Assembly (NCBI GenBank): GCA_964187785.1
Contig: OZ076414.1
Location: 4,278,001 to 4,342,000, forward strand
Origin: Amphiscolops sp. MND2022
Taxonomy: Eukaryota
Direction of reading: 5' to 3'
DNA: 64,000 nucleotides
A program made the position numbers and the translations under genes. How positions within the stretch are numbered: the stretch's first letter is position 1; every line of letters begins with the position of its first letter. The notes below the pieces were generated by a model that made no database searches, was not told the DNA's origin, and saw only the letters and a program-made list of their open reading frames with translations. Positions 1 through 11,599 of this stretch are shown here, piece by piece.

Positions 1-240
1 GACAAGTTAGTACCTTACTAGACACTAATAGAGCTTCCGATATTACGTCCTGGAAAACAACTATCGAGTTGAAGAAGTTTTTGTCCGGCTGAGAAAGGCA
101 TATGAATCAGAAAGAGGTCAAAATAATTTACCAACTTACGGTTAATATGATAGCCAAAAACAGCCCGTCATATTCAGGTGATATGGTAAACAAGGTATTT
201 TCGTCAAATATGTCGAGACTACATTTACAGATAGTGAGCT

Positions 241-285
241 AAACAAGACGCCCGCTAAACACCGGGATGTTTTCCGCCCTCTTCG
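241..285 (-). repeat. Terminal motif of a small dispersed repeat (also at 5693-5726, +)
   Basis: The reverse complement CGGAAAACATCCCGGTGTTTAGCGGGCGTCTTGTT nearly matches CGGAAAATATCCCGGTGCTCAGCGGGCGTCTTGTT at ~5693. Confidence 0.6.
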
Positions 286-361
286 CCTTCACCAACTGAG
301 CCCTAGCTATTTTGGTAGGTGGGAATAGGATTTAAAGTATACGATCTAAAATTTGGTGGTT

Positions 362-460
362 TTGGATCTTATTCCCTTTAGAAATTATTCCCGTCCTTAA
401 ATTTTAGATCTTATTCCCTTTAGATCTTATCCCATTTTTACTTTAGATATTATTCCCTCC
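362..460 (+). repeat. Imperfect short tandem repeat of (TAGATC)TTATTCCC units
   Basis: About five variants of GATCTTATTCCC in ~100 bp. Confidence 0.6.
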
Positions 461-509
461 TCTCAGTAGGGAGGCTGGGTAGGAAAACTGAGTAGGGAGA
501 CTCAGTAAG

Positions 510-610
510 TGGAGTAAGTATAAGGTGGAGTTTTGGCAGAATTTGGAAATAAACGCAACACAGATTATGATTTTCGTCCCCCATTTATGTGGGCGCAAAA
601 TAATAAGGAG
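510..610 (+). repeat. Dispersed repeat R3 (copies ~5510-5560 reverse, ~16123-16225)
   Basis: GTGGAG..TTGGCA.AATTTGGAAA.AAACGCAACACAGATTATGATTTTC..TGTGGG is shared with 16.1 kb; its 3' part is present inverted at 5.5 kb. Confidence 0.7.
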
Positions 611-1214
611 ATAAGAATGATGTTCTTCGACCGAGTTTTGAAAACATGTTAATTCATGTGAGTTTCATATATATAGAGAACTGAAATAAAATCTAATTAG
701 ATTTTCAATATAGAGGCATTTTCGATATGGCATAAACGAATTGAGTATTTGGCCTTACTTTTGGTAGTTGCGGAGTGAAATTTTTTATAATTTACGAGGA
801 GTTTTGTTTCATGTTGAGGTTTTCGAGTTTTCAGGAGTTCCACTTCATTAGAAGAGTTTTGGTTATTTTGCTTTCGAGTAGTTTTTTCATGGATTCTTTC
901 TTCTTCGTATGGTTCGAGCAAACCGTTTTTGTTAACGTCAAGGTAGGTATGCGTTCAGAAAGTATGACTTTACGCCTGATTGTTTTCAAATTTCTAGTAG
1001 AGAAGTTTGTTGGTTTACCATTTTGTGGGAGTTTTGATTGACTCATTTTCCGTTTGGGGCATTTTCAGATTGACGTATTAATACCTGTTTAGTTATCTTA
1101 GCCGTCTCTTTAGCTAAGCGCTCTACCGTTGTAAAAAAGACTAAACTTGAAAACAAAAATTCGAAAGTCTCTCATTGCCGGAAAGAACTTTAATCTCGCA
1201 CGGTATTGCATGTT

Positions 1215-1405
1215 ACGCAAAAAAAAAACGAAAAACCTTCATGGTTCAGTTCCCCGGGCCAACAGGTACAATTTGGCGCCTTCCTCTAACTTTTCTAGAA
1301 TTTTTGGTAGAACTATTTTGGTAACTTCAAGTGTATCGAAAAAAACACTGACAAAAAATCATGACTATAGTCGACTTTTTTCTTAAGAAAAACCCCGACT
1401 AAAAA
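1215..1405 (+). mobile_element. Non-autonomous dispersed repeat R2 with palindromic end (copy at 35699-35870, reverse)
   Basis: GGTTCAGTTCC..GGGCCAACAGGTACA..TTGGTAGAACTA..CATGACTATAGTCG matches the reverse complement of 35.70-35.87 kb and ends in TAGTCG..TTTTCTTAAGAAAA..CCGACTA. Confidence 0.7.
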
Positions 1406-1648
1406 GACCATCAATTTGAAATTCCATGGCAAAATAAAAGAAAAAGAATACTTTAGTGTGTCTTTGTTGTTCAAAATTGGCGGGTATTTGGAGTATATTT
1501 AAAAACATTGAATCTGTCAATTGGTGTTCCTTATCATTGAAGCAGGTGTTGATTGAAGGTGAGTAAGGTTCTTGCTTTTTAGACTTCATCTTTCGTAAAC
1601 GAACGTATGTTTGATTTGATTTAAATGTACAAAATAGTTTGTTATTTT

Positions 1649-1683
1649 TAGTCGGCGCTTTTCTTAAGAAAAGACCCCGACTA
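1649..1683. repeat. Imperfect palindrome TAGTCGGCGCTTTTCTTAAGAAAAGACCCCGACTA (R2 terminus)
   Basis: TAGTCGG/CCGACTA arms around a TTAA-centred core; the same motif occurs at 1368-1401 and 35699-35730. Confidence 0.75.
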
Positions 1684-1711
1684 TTACAGTCACTCGTTTT
1701 TTTTTCTTTTT

Positions 1712-1935
1712 TTTATTTAAGACAGACTTGAAGCGACGAACATTAATGTTCAGGATCTTCAACTAAACGAAAACCCCGGAAACGCATCTAAGTTATTCCA
1801 AAGGGTCCCCCCTTTGGTTTTTTACTTTTTATTTACTTTTTCAAGGAAACCCCTCAAACCGGACGGGCTCAAAGGGTCCCCCCTTTGGATTTTGTCGGCA
1901 CTGTGCGACTTTTTTTGAAAGAAAAAATTTTTGAA
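1712..1935 (-). mobile_element. Dispersed repeat R1 (GGGGACCC-motif family)
   Basis: AAAGGGTCCCCCTTTGG twice and TCGGCACTGTGCGAC; reverse-complement similarity to 19.9-20.2 kb and 52.2-52.5 kb. Confidence 0.65.
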
Positions 1936-2759
1936 AGAAAACACGTGACTATATAACATCATTCAAAAACGAAATCAAACTACAGCTGCATGTGCTGTGT
2001 AACGGCTGCTTGCCCTTATTCGAGCTGAACCTTGACAAGCTTCGTAGTCCTGATCCGTAGTTTAGTACTGTGGACCGTTACTAAACAATCATGGTTTTCG
2101 TGTGTGTAAAGAAATGTAGCTTTTGGTTGGTGGGTTCGATGTGATCTGTAGGATCTCCTGCTATCCCGCTTCACTCTAGGTTGGATCTTCTGAGACCCGT
2201 CACAACTTTTCGCAATGTATTTTCAAGCGCTACAATTCTCCAACTATGAGAGTAGTTTATTGTTCGGTCTGACTTCCAGGCGAAAAGATGTAAAGATATT
2301 TACTTTAAGAAGTTACTTTGTCTCTGGGCGTCAGACTCAACTTGACTACAGCTATTCAGTCGTTAAAATCTCTAAATAGTTATGGAATAAGTTTGGCTTA
2401 CAAATCGCCAGTGAAAGTAGATCAAAATAAATTAAAATAAATAAATGACATTTAACGCATAATACGAAGTTATTGGCTACGTACAAAAAACTATGTGGTG
2501 GATTTGGTTTTTGTCAATCATGATTGATTGTACGGCTACAACGTTTGTTTACACAGGGTAAATATACCAATTCTAATAGATTTACATTTCCTTCAAGGTA
2601 GTAGGGCTAGAAAGTATTTTTACACAATAAAAAGATCACCAATTCTAATATAATTACATTTCCTTCTTATGTGATAACCACAAAATAATTTTATCGCCAG
2701 ATTTAGCATTTAAGGGATCGACTCACACTATTTTCCGTGCTAATTGCCCCGGACCCAGG

Positions 2760-3400
2760 GGAGGTACGAGGTCGGGTGATGGAAGTCAAAAGTTGCGTAA
2801 GCACACTAGTATACACTATCCAAGTTTGGAGTGATTGAATAAGTGCTTCTCAACTCAAAATTGGGGTGGCCTTTTTCCAAAATCACTATTGCTGCTGAAC
2901 TTGTATTTTTCCAACTCTTGCCAAAGTTTATACCTCTCAGCGTCCAACTTCGTCGTTGCCTTGAGCATTTCATGGGCTCTCTCATCTTCTTTCCACCTCA
3001 TAGATACGCTGCTGTTGGAAGCATACGATTCCATACTCCGCCAAGGTTTCACTTGATGCGCCAATGAACCCAATTCTTCTGCAACTAGACTCCCAGTTGC
3101 GAATTTCGTAGTCTCTTGTTGTAGCCGAGTATCTTCGTTGGTACTGCCCAAGACTTTGCGTTTCCACAATTTGTATACTCTGTTGCTCACTGCCCGTGAA
3201 AGATGCCCGAGGCAATGGCTCATGTTCTTAGTGCTAACGTTTTGGTTTTGACCACGGGGATCAAACTCTTTTCGGTGAAAACAATTTGTTAGATTGATAT
3301 TAAAATCCCATATCGAGTCAGAAGGTAATATTTTGACAGGATTTATCAGTAAAATCTAGAGTGAATCCTGCTGTTCTCTTGTGGAACTAGCCTCACCTTC
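2760..3400 (-). mobile_element. Bel/Pao LTR retrotransposon pol remnant (protease-RT linker)
   Basis: Minus ORF 2855-3223, WRSMESYASNSSVSMRWKEDERAHEMLKATTKLDAERY, parallels WFDMESY..RSDADARAERILEDTTYHDGCRY of the Bel/Pao remnant at 12 kb. Confidence 0.65.
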
Positions 3401-5428
3401 AAAATGTATTTGGTGTCATTAAGTATTCTTCGAAAGCCTTGCGCTAAGCACCTTGAGGCCTATGTTTTTTTGGAGTTGAAAGAACGCTCCAGTTCGACAA
3501 TGATTGCTTTGTGCTTGTTTGCGTTCTTGAAAAAATTAATGGAAAAGCATTATAAAGACAAACCTACCCTTGGGTGATGTTTAGGAAACAGTGTGACTTC
3601 TCTTTTCTGATCTCTTCAATGACTCCTCGACACTACGAGTAGGAAAACACGATTCGATTTTTTCTAAAACGATTGATCGGGAAGTTTTCCTTTAAAATTA
3701 AAATATCTATACTATTATTGTCAAATTATAATAACCAAGTCATTTGGCTTCTCAAATTAACAATTTGCTTCTCGCTTTTGCGAGTAATAACGAACAGAAA
3801 TTGATTGATTGTGAAGATGAAACACAACGTTGCCTACACATATTCATTGAAAGAACAATGCCATGGATCCATCTTTTGATGTGAAGGTTATCATTTGCGG
3901 TTCCCACAACGCTTTTCAAAAACAACTTGAAGTTTTCGCGTAGAGATGTGTTGTTCAGAGCATGAACATAATAATTGTACATACAACCATTAGTTTTGTG
4001 GAACATTCAATTGGAAACTTCGTTCTTCTAAGAACATGACTTGTCAAGTTTCATTATCAAAAACTCAAATGACCTTAGGCGTCCCTGCAAGTCGGTCGGA
4101 ACAGCAATCGAGAGTTGGTTAAATAAATCACTATCAAAAAGTTTCAATGCACACTTTGCATTTCAAAAATCACAAGACAAAACTGTTGCTGGAAAATCTC
4201 GAATTAAATATCCACCAAGCATACTGAAGACCACCTTGAGTGTGGATTTCATTTGCTACTATGTTGGACCAACACAGAGAAAAACGAATGAAGCTGTTCT
4301 CCAAACTGTAGCAAAAGAGGCGAGCGTACGTGGCTTTGCTTCAGAAACAAGGGTGTAAGTTTAAAGAGGTACCGCCGAGAGAGATAATGGCCCTAAGATT
4401 CTACTGAGAAAGCTAATTGATACTAGAAGCCACCTCCCAATAGCTTAGGCCTCGAAGTTGTGTAGTTTGTAAGTGTTGGTTCAGTCCGGTCTTTGGAAAA
4501 CTTAGGTAAGCCTAGTTTTCGGAAATCACAAATTTTGCAAAACTCTGCCTAAATTCTTACCAATGATGCATTTTTACAAGAATCTTACAAGTTTGTACAA
4601 AAATCGCAATTTTTGCTAATTTGTTAAATGTTGAACATCTCTTATAAAATTTATGCATTTTTTGTACCCTTTTCAGCTGAAATTCGCAATGTTTGCCAGA
4701 ATCTTATAAGAGTTAGTGTCAAATAATGCATTTTCTTACAAGAGTTTTTGTAAGAACTTTGCGAAAGATGTGAATTTTTTCAACTAGGTAACCTTCAATC
4801 TGGTGTCAATCAGGACGTCAATACCAACACTAACAAGCGATGCTGCGTGACACCGCCATTGTTTCTGATTACTCTGCTACTGGCAATTGAAAAGAGACTC
4901 TTTCGGGTCTCACTTGCTTGATTGAAACGATACATAGGAACTTTTTTGAAACCTAACTTTCATAATCAAACTTGTCGTTTATGTTGTTCTTTATGCTCAC
5001 CTCAAATCAACTTTTTTATTCAACTTCGACATAATATTCATGTAGATGGTTAATTCAAAAGGAGAATGTGGTTGAAATGGAAATGAGTTTTTGTCAGGTT
5101 TTCTAACATGATGAAATTAATCAAGTAACTGCCAAAGCAAGCATCGTGCGAAAAATACATGAAATTACTGGAGTCTCAAACTACAGATCGTTTTGCAAAA
5201 GAGTTAAAAAAATGAATGGTATATTTCAAACTTTTCTGTTTTTATCGGATGCAACGTTATCACTCACAATGGTCACAGTGAATTAATTCATACAACTGAA
5301 AACATAACAAATTATTGTTTACAAGTAAACAGCAAACATTAATTAAAGTTTCGAGATAGCAAGGTCAAAGTTTCTTGCATATTATTTCAAGAAGTATTTT
5401 ATTCGAAAACGGTACTTTAGTAATTTTA

Positions 5429-5485
5429 CCGAACTCGATACCTTATGTTTGTAAAGCTAGCGCTTTAACCATTGGGCCAAACCGT
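5429..5485 (-). pseudogene. Degenerate tRNA-like sequence (SINE head or pseudo-tRNA)
   Basis: Reverse complement TGGCCCAATGGTTAAAGCGCTAGCTTTACAAACATAAGGTATCGAGTTCGG has an A-box-like D arm and a partial B-box; there is no acceptor stem. Confidence 0.4.
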
Positions 5486-5559
5486 CTTATTATTGAACTG
5501 TCTGAATTTAATCTTATTATTTTCCGCCCACATGAATGGGGGAGGAAAATCATGATCTG

Positions 5560-5672
5560 TCACCGTGGCCTGGCAGACACGAGGTCATGGGTTCGAGCCC
5601 GTGCTGGTGCTTGAATTTTTTTGTTTCTCGGCCAGTAGGTCGTGGGTTCGAACCTCTCTTTCGCCATACTTT
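5560..5672 (+). mobile_element. Two tandem tRNA 3'-half (B-box) fragments ending in a T-run; SINE-like
   Basis: GAGGTCATGGGTTCGAGCCC and TAGGTCGTGGGTTCGAACC fit the B-box GGTTCGANNCC, followed by GCCATACTTTTTTT. Confidence 0.5.
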
Positions 5673-6280
5673 TTTTGCAATAAACGTTTCGCGGAAAATA
5701 TCCCGGTGCTCAGCGGGCGTCTTGTTCTTATTTGCTTTGTAACAATACAGTTTCAACAATTACGACACTACCGTGCGAAACGCCAATTCAAGTGTTTTTG
5801 CTATTTTCTCTTCGTCCATTCATGTCGTTCTACTTATACGTGTTGTTTACAAATTGTAAGTTTTGGTTCAAAGTAGTCCAGAAAAAATATATTTGTACAC
5901 CCTAAATGTAAGCTTTGAACTGGACAAATTTTCCAAAACAACTTTGAAAAAACTGGAACGAAACGTTTCATCGAGAATCATGTTCAAAAAATGTAAACAC
6001 GCTGTAATCAAAAGGTTGTTTTTTTTCTAATCGTATTAAATTATTTACGATTACAAATCAACAGGAGTCATACTTTAATGGTTTATTCGAACTCAAAACA
6101 AAGGCAATATCATCCCTACTTGGGCTAGATAATAGGATCTTGGAAACAAGGAAAATAGAGGAGAATCTTGAAACAGGGTAAAATAGGTTTAGAGAAAGTC
6201 AAGGAGTTGTTTCAAAGAAGGTTTTTTTTGAGATTCAAGAAATTGCTGTTCTCTGACGAGTAGCAGTGATGAATAATCAG

Positions 6281-6324
6281 TCGTAATCGTAATCGTAATC
6301 GTAATCGAAATCGTAGTAATCGTA
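6281..6324 (+). repeat. (TCGTAA)n microsatellite
   Basis: TCGTAATCGTAATCGTAATCGTAATCGAAATCGTAGTAATCGTA. Confidence 0.9.
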
Positions 6325-6456
6325 CGAGGCGATAACGAAATCATGATATTAGTGTTTTACTACGATAAAAATCTGTGACTGAATTTGTTTGACAAACCAG
6401 AAAAAAACTCGGTCATTTTGGAGTAGCACCATTTTGGAATCAATTTCGAAACTATC

Positions 6457-6616
6457 TTTCCAACTGGTGACAACGGAAATTTCTTGTTTTGGAGAAGTAA
6501 TTTGCGAAAAATGAAATTCTACTGTTGCTTACAAACTGTTGTTTCCAACTGGTGACAACGGAAATTTCTTGTTTTGGAGAAGTAATTTGCGAAAAATGAA
6601 AGTCTACTGTTGCTTA
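6457..6616 (+). repeat. Two-copy tandem duplication, period 85 bp
   Basis: TTTCCAACTGGTGACAAC..CTACTGTTGCTTA at 6457-6531 and 6542-6616, with one mismatch seen. Confidence 0.95.
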
Positions 6617-9299
6617 AAGGTGCTGGTTTTCTGAGACGATACCAGCAATTAGGCCATGGGATAATCCTTGATGCAAATGTTTTCAAACCTTTTCTCAAGC
6701 AATTTTTTCAAGCGATCCTTCAGTCAAAAGTTCTTTCTTCTTGAATTTGTTCTGTCAGTTGAAAAGTTTGGAAAATGAAGTGCAGAAAAAAGGAAGATCA
6801 TGATTTCAATTAAATATTAACCCCAATCGCCATTAACGACTGCTTCTTCCCAATCGATCTGCAAAAATTTCAAGTAGGTTTTCTTTCGAAAAACGCCAGG
6901 CCATTGGATGGATGTTTGTGAAAGAGGTCTCTTGAAAAAAGTCGTTTCAATGAACTTTGTTCACAGTTTCCAAAACAATTTTTTTCGAATGTCAGGAAAA
7001 TGTTTTAAAAATCAGCTAAAGAAGTGCAAAATCGTTTTCTTGACGTCTTACTTGTGATATGACTCTCATCTCAGTAACCTTTAATCTTCTCTATAAATAT
7101 CTAGACTTTTGATGAAAACAAATATTTAATACCATATTATGACCATATTATCAACCAATAGAAGAACGCACTTGATGTTTACGCCATCGAATTTAAACCC
7201 CCCATCCCCGACGAAGAAGAAATTCCTCTCTTATCAAGTTGTTCTTAAAGAGCTGACATCTGCAGCTCTGTTAGCGTCTTTCAAATACCTTCTTACCCGT
7301 CGCGCTTGAAACTGGAATAAAGAAAACATGACAATCTCTGATATCTAAACGAAACGGTCAAAAACTAGATGGTACTGTAACTGGTGCGACCATTGAGTTT
7401 TTTTCCATTCATTTCTTTTTTCAATTTCATTTTCTACTAACCATCTGATTCGAATTCGCGTCTTTTCTTCTCTGGTAATCAATTACAATTTGGCTCGATT
7501 TTTTAATAACGGTAGATATTTCTTCTACATTAACCATCTCAAAATGGTTCGATGTCTTGTATCGGCCCAATTTTTGCTACTGACCTCAGAGACGCTTACA
7601 CTCTGTCGATAGACCTCTTCTGTACTAACCATTAACTTGGTTTGACTTTTACAGTCTTTACCACAAGCTTTCTCTACCAACCAAGGTATAGGTGGTTCGA
7701 CATTGTGTAACGGCAAGCTCTGGTACAGCAATATCAACCGACATGTTTTGAAATTTTGTCAAAAATTCGTTCAAATTTGACGTGGCACTCAAAAATGCTC
7801 AAGACGAAGTACTTGCCAGAAAAAGCACCCCAAAAATCAGAAATCGCCGCTCGCGACGAACAGGCACCGGAGACGACTAAAAAGACGTCCCCAACGTATA
7901 CAGAACACGATATTGTGTCCATCTCTAGGAGATATCCGTTACTACAGTAGAGAAAACCAGTGTTCCAGATGTTCGCCTGAGTGTTCCTGCGGTATCCTGT
8001 GTGGCAACTAGCGCTAGCGCTGGGAAGCTGAGGTCAATTTCCATCAAATGACTCTGAACTCTTGATTTCTTGTTGTATTTTTCAATGTGATAAATTAACG
8101 TGCTCGAGAGCTGTTATCTAACATCTGTTTATCCAATTTGGCGATTTTATCAGATTCTCCAATACTACAGTTCAACCTTCACCGATTTTCAGCCCGATTT
8201 TTAAAGGCTAGTTGAGCAGTGGTCTTGAGTCATGCAAGATGCCTGTTACTTTTAGCAGTTACAGACTAGGACCAGGCCAGAGAGTATCCTACAAGACGGT
8301 TCCCCCACCTTGGGACTGGCTCCTTCGGAGGGAAAATGAGCTAGGGCCGCGGAGATCTAGGTCCCAGATTATATTCGCTGTTCTAGTTCCTCCACTCTAA
8401 GTTGCGGTTCAAGCGCCAGCGCTTATCGTTAAATTGCCGTCGCTGCAGTACAAACTCCATTCCAACTTCCAAAACATCTCTTAGAACACATCAATCTCTT
8501 TTATATCAACGTCCACGTTTATTCACTTCTCATTCCCCAAAACCACAAGAGCTCCACAAAACGGTCAAGATAAAGTTTGTTAAGTTATTTGCATCTTTGT
8601 TGAATTTGTTAAGAACTTTGTTAAAGTTGTTTTTATCGTTTCAAGCTTGTGGACTTCTGCTTTTCATGTCCGACAAAGATAATGAAAAAACCCTGCCATA
8701 TATACCTCGCCGGACGATCCTGTAAAACTATTTTAACTATCCAAATTTGAATTGACGAGCACTGTAAAATTCAGACTTTTTCTTACACTGTCAGCCATAT
8801 ACAATTCTTTTGCCACAACCACCTACTTCAGATATCACATAAAGATTTTCTTCACAAATTCTTTCGTCGACTTCGAACATACTATTCTCCACACACGCTA
8901 CTGTCACACCTCATCCTAATTTAGATCCTCCACAGGTCCCGATGATTACAACCCATTGTTCCAGGTTAAATTTACCCAAACTTACACTGATTCTTCATAT
9001 CCGTCTTTTTCACTGACTTATTACAAACTACTTCTATTACTCATAACACTACTTTTACAGCTAAACAAATCCTCCCCAAACTTTTTCATTTATACCAATA
9101 CTATAACAGCAAACCTCATCAGCAACCCCTTCTACATCAAACAGCCATTTATTTTCCTCTAATCTTTTATCTAATCAAATACCACCCTGAATACATTCAA
9201 ACTTTCCTGCCTTCTGCATCTATGCACCTTACGTTTTAAACTATTTCACAACCATAAACTCATCCTCCATTAACACCAAGTCTTTACCCCCCCCCCCCC

Positions 9300-9593
9300 A
9301 AAAAAAAAAAACCACTCCATGTCCATTACAACCTTCTTCAATAGAAGTACAACAAATGTGAAGGAACCCTTCGGTTCCTTTTGAAGCTCACTCTAATCCT
9401 ATAAAACGCTTTGTTGGATACTCGGTCCTCAATGTTTAACATACAAGCATATTTTAGATGCTTCCTCTTTGCAGCTTTATCACAGGCAGAGCCTACGACT
9501 GCTGCTTGATCGCCTACCTCAGGTGTTCCGGGAATCGAACTCCAGACCTTTGGAATATAAACCGAACGCACTAACCTATTTCGCCATAGCGCC
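9300..9593 (-). mobile_element. tRNA-derived SINE-like element with a tRNA-Asn-like head (9522-9593)
   Basis: GGCGCTATGGCGAAATAGGTTAGTGCGTTCGG..AAAGGTCTGGAGTTCGATTCC has A and B boxes. The acceptor stem does not pair. A ~210-bp body ends in a T11 run. Confidence 0.6.
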
Positions 9594-11285
9594 TTGAGAT
9601 TAGTTTGTTTCAATCCAATCATACTGTGTACACAACATCAAGTGTTTGAAAACAAGTGGTATTTCTTTGCCAAGTTGGCCAAGTGTTTTCAGAAAACAAT
9701 TATAGTCTCAGTGACTTGCCTACCAATTCCAAAAAGAATCTCTTTCGCTCGTCATGATAGAAAACGAGAATATTTGTCACTTTGAATTGAAAGTCGACAT
9801 TGTTGTTAAACAAAGCTGCTACAATGAATATCATTTAACAAGTAATCTTAAACCTGAAAAAACACAGGTGAATCATTTTTCCTGCGCTCTTGGACCTTAA
9901 ATTCTGTTTCAAGCTCTGTTAACATGGTTGACTCTGAAGAGAAAACTCTCTGTTTTCTGAAAAAAAACTAGTAAACATTCTAATACAACTGATTGTTACT
10001 GTAACAACAATTCTTTTCAGAAATACAAAACACTGTATCGCCCACCATCTGAATGTTGCTTTGAGCGGAACCGTCGTAGATCAAACTCTTGTTCAAATCT
10101 ATTTAACCAATCAATAATGTATACCATTTCGAAGAAACACACCATACCTGTTCTCTGATTTGAACCAATTTCAAGATACATATGTATCAACCACCCTCTC
10201 ATGACAAAAAAATGGCTGGTCAAATTGTAATACGAACGCAAGCAATTATTCCACAATTTTGCTCTGTGAATTTTTGCACATTTACAACTCCTGATGGCCA
10301 ATCTCTTCGTTCTAGACTAGAGCTCATATTTCCCCAAAAAAGCGGTAGTTCAAATTCAGCTATGAATTTATATTTAACTTTCACGACGTTTACCAAAACT
10401 CCACGCCTACTATTCAGCCACTCTCTCAACAGGTTACATTGGTCATATCCTGCCACCAATATTAATGAATGAACTTTAATGAATATCAATGAATGAATAT
10501 TAATGAATGAACTTTATTATATAACAATCTTTAACCTTCCCCAGAAATTCAGAAAGCACTTACCTACACTACAAAGCACTCTACAGAAAGTAACGAATTC
10601 TTCAAAACGTTCAAATTTCCGTTTTGAGACGTCAACAATGGCGAATTGAAACAATTGAAACCATCCCAATTCAGCTCGTGAAAACTGAAGAAAGTTCTTG
10701 ATGAATGAAAAACACAATTTCATCACCCAGGCTGGCTCAAATCCGAAAGAAAACTCGCGTTACGCTACAACACTTGTGAATCCTCTCATCTTTAAAAGGG
10801 ACACAATTAAAATAGTCTTGAGCACACAGCTTTTACACAAACCCCAGGTGCGGCCAGGCAGAGGAAGGAAAGCAATCAGTGACCCAAATGAAAGCATCAC
10901 CTCCAGATTGTTTCTTTCCAAAAATGTTCTAATTGATTTTTCAAATCTCCGAAAACTTGCTTCTATCGCTTTTTTACACATTTTAAAATTGATTCTTGAC
11001 CTGTCTTTTTAGCAAGCATCCCATGATAGCGTACGTCACCCAGTTTACCGTTTCAACGAGATGCCCCGGTTCAGTTCTAGACGTGTGAACGGGAATACTT
11101 CAAACTTTATCGGCACCTCTAGAACGAACATCAAAAGCGCAGCAATTCATTCGTACAGAAGAGCAACATTGCCTGAATTGAGATACTAAGTTGAGTCGTA
11201 CCCGTTCCAATAGCTGTACAAGGTGGCAATTGTAGCAGGCTGCAACATACACTAAGACAGTGCTACAGTTTTTAGCGAAGATTGA

Positions 11286-11579
11286 GGATATCTTAAGCAG
11301 CTCGTAATCTGTAAATTTAACCCCTCAACCCTTGGTATCCCTAAAACCAACAGCACCTCCTATAATAGAAAATTTATCAGTGAAATTTCTAATTCGAAAA
11401 AAGCCATCTTCAATTTAATTAACTCTCTGCCCCTGCTAATATTCTCGCCTAATTCCAGTGTCAATTTTGACAGTGAGATTGTTTCACAAGACGGTGTCCA
11501 TTTTTCAACTTTTGGTAAAATTATTTTTCAAACTTTTGGAAAATTTATAATTCCAATGATTCTCCCATCAAGTTGTTAA
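11286..11579 (+). pseudogene. SGNH/GDSL esterase-like C-terminal fragment (possibly from a LINE ORF1)
   Basis: 98-codon open frame without a start codon: QLVICKFNP..IVSQDGVHFSTFGKIIF, with DGVH at 11490-11501. Confidence 0.4.
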
Positions 11580-11599
11580 TACGGACATGGCGGTGCTCA

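Noticed and set aside
8400-9280. Degenerate coding-like stretch (Penelope or LINE?)
   Set aside because: Strand-biased and protein-like in places, but with many stops and no RT or endonuclease motif.
9522-9593. Functional tRNA gene
   Set aside because: The acceptor and anticodon stems are mispaired; treated as a SINE head.
10220-10489. Cysteine-protease-like Q..NCG motif
   Set aside because: A single short motif without His/Asp context or consistent splice sites.
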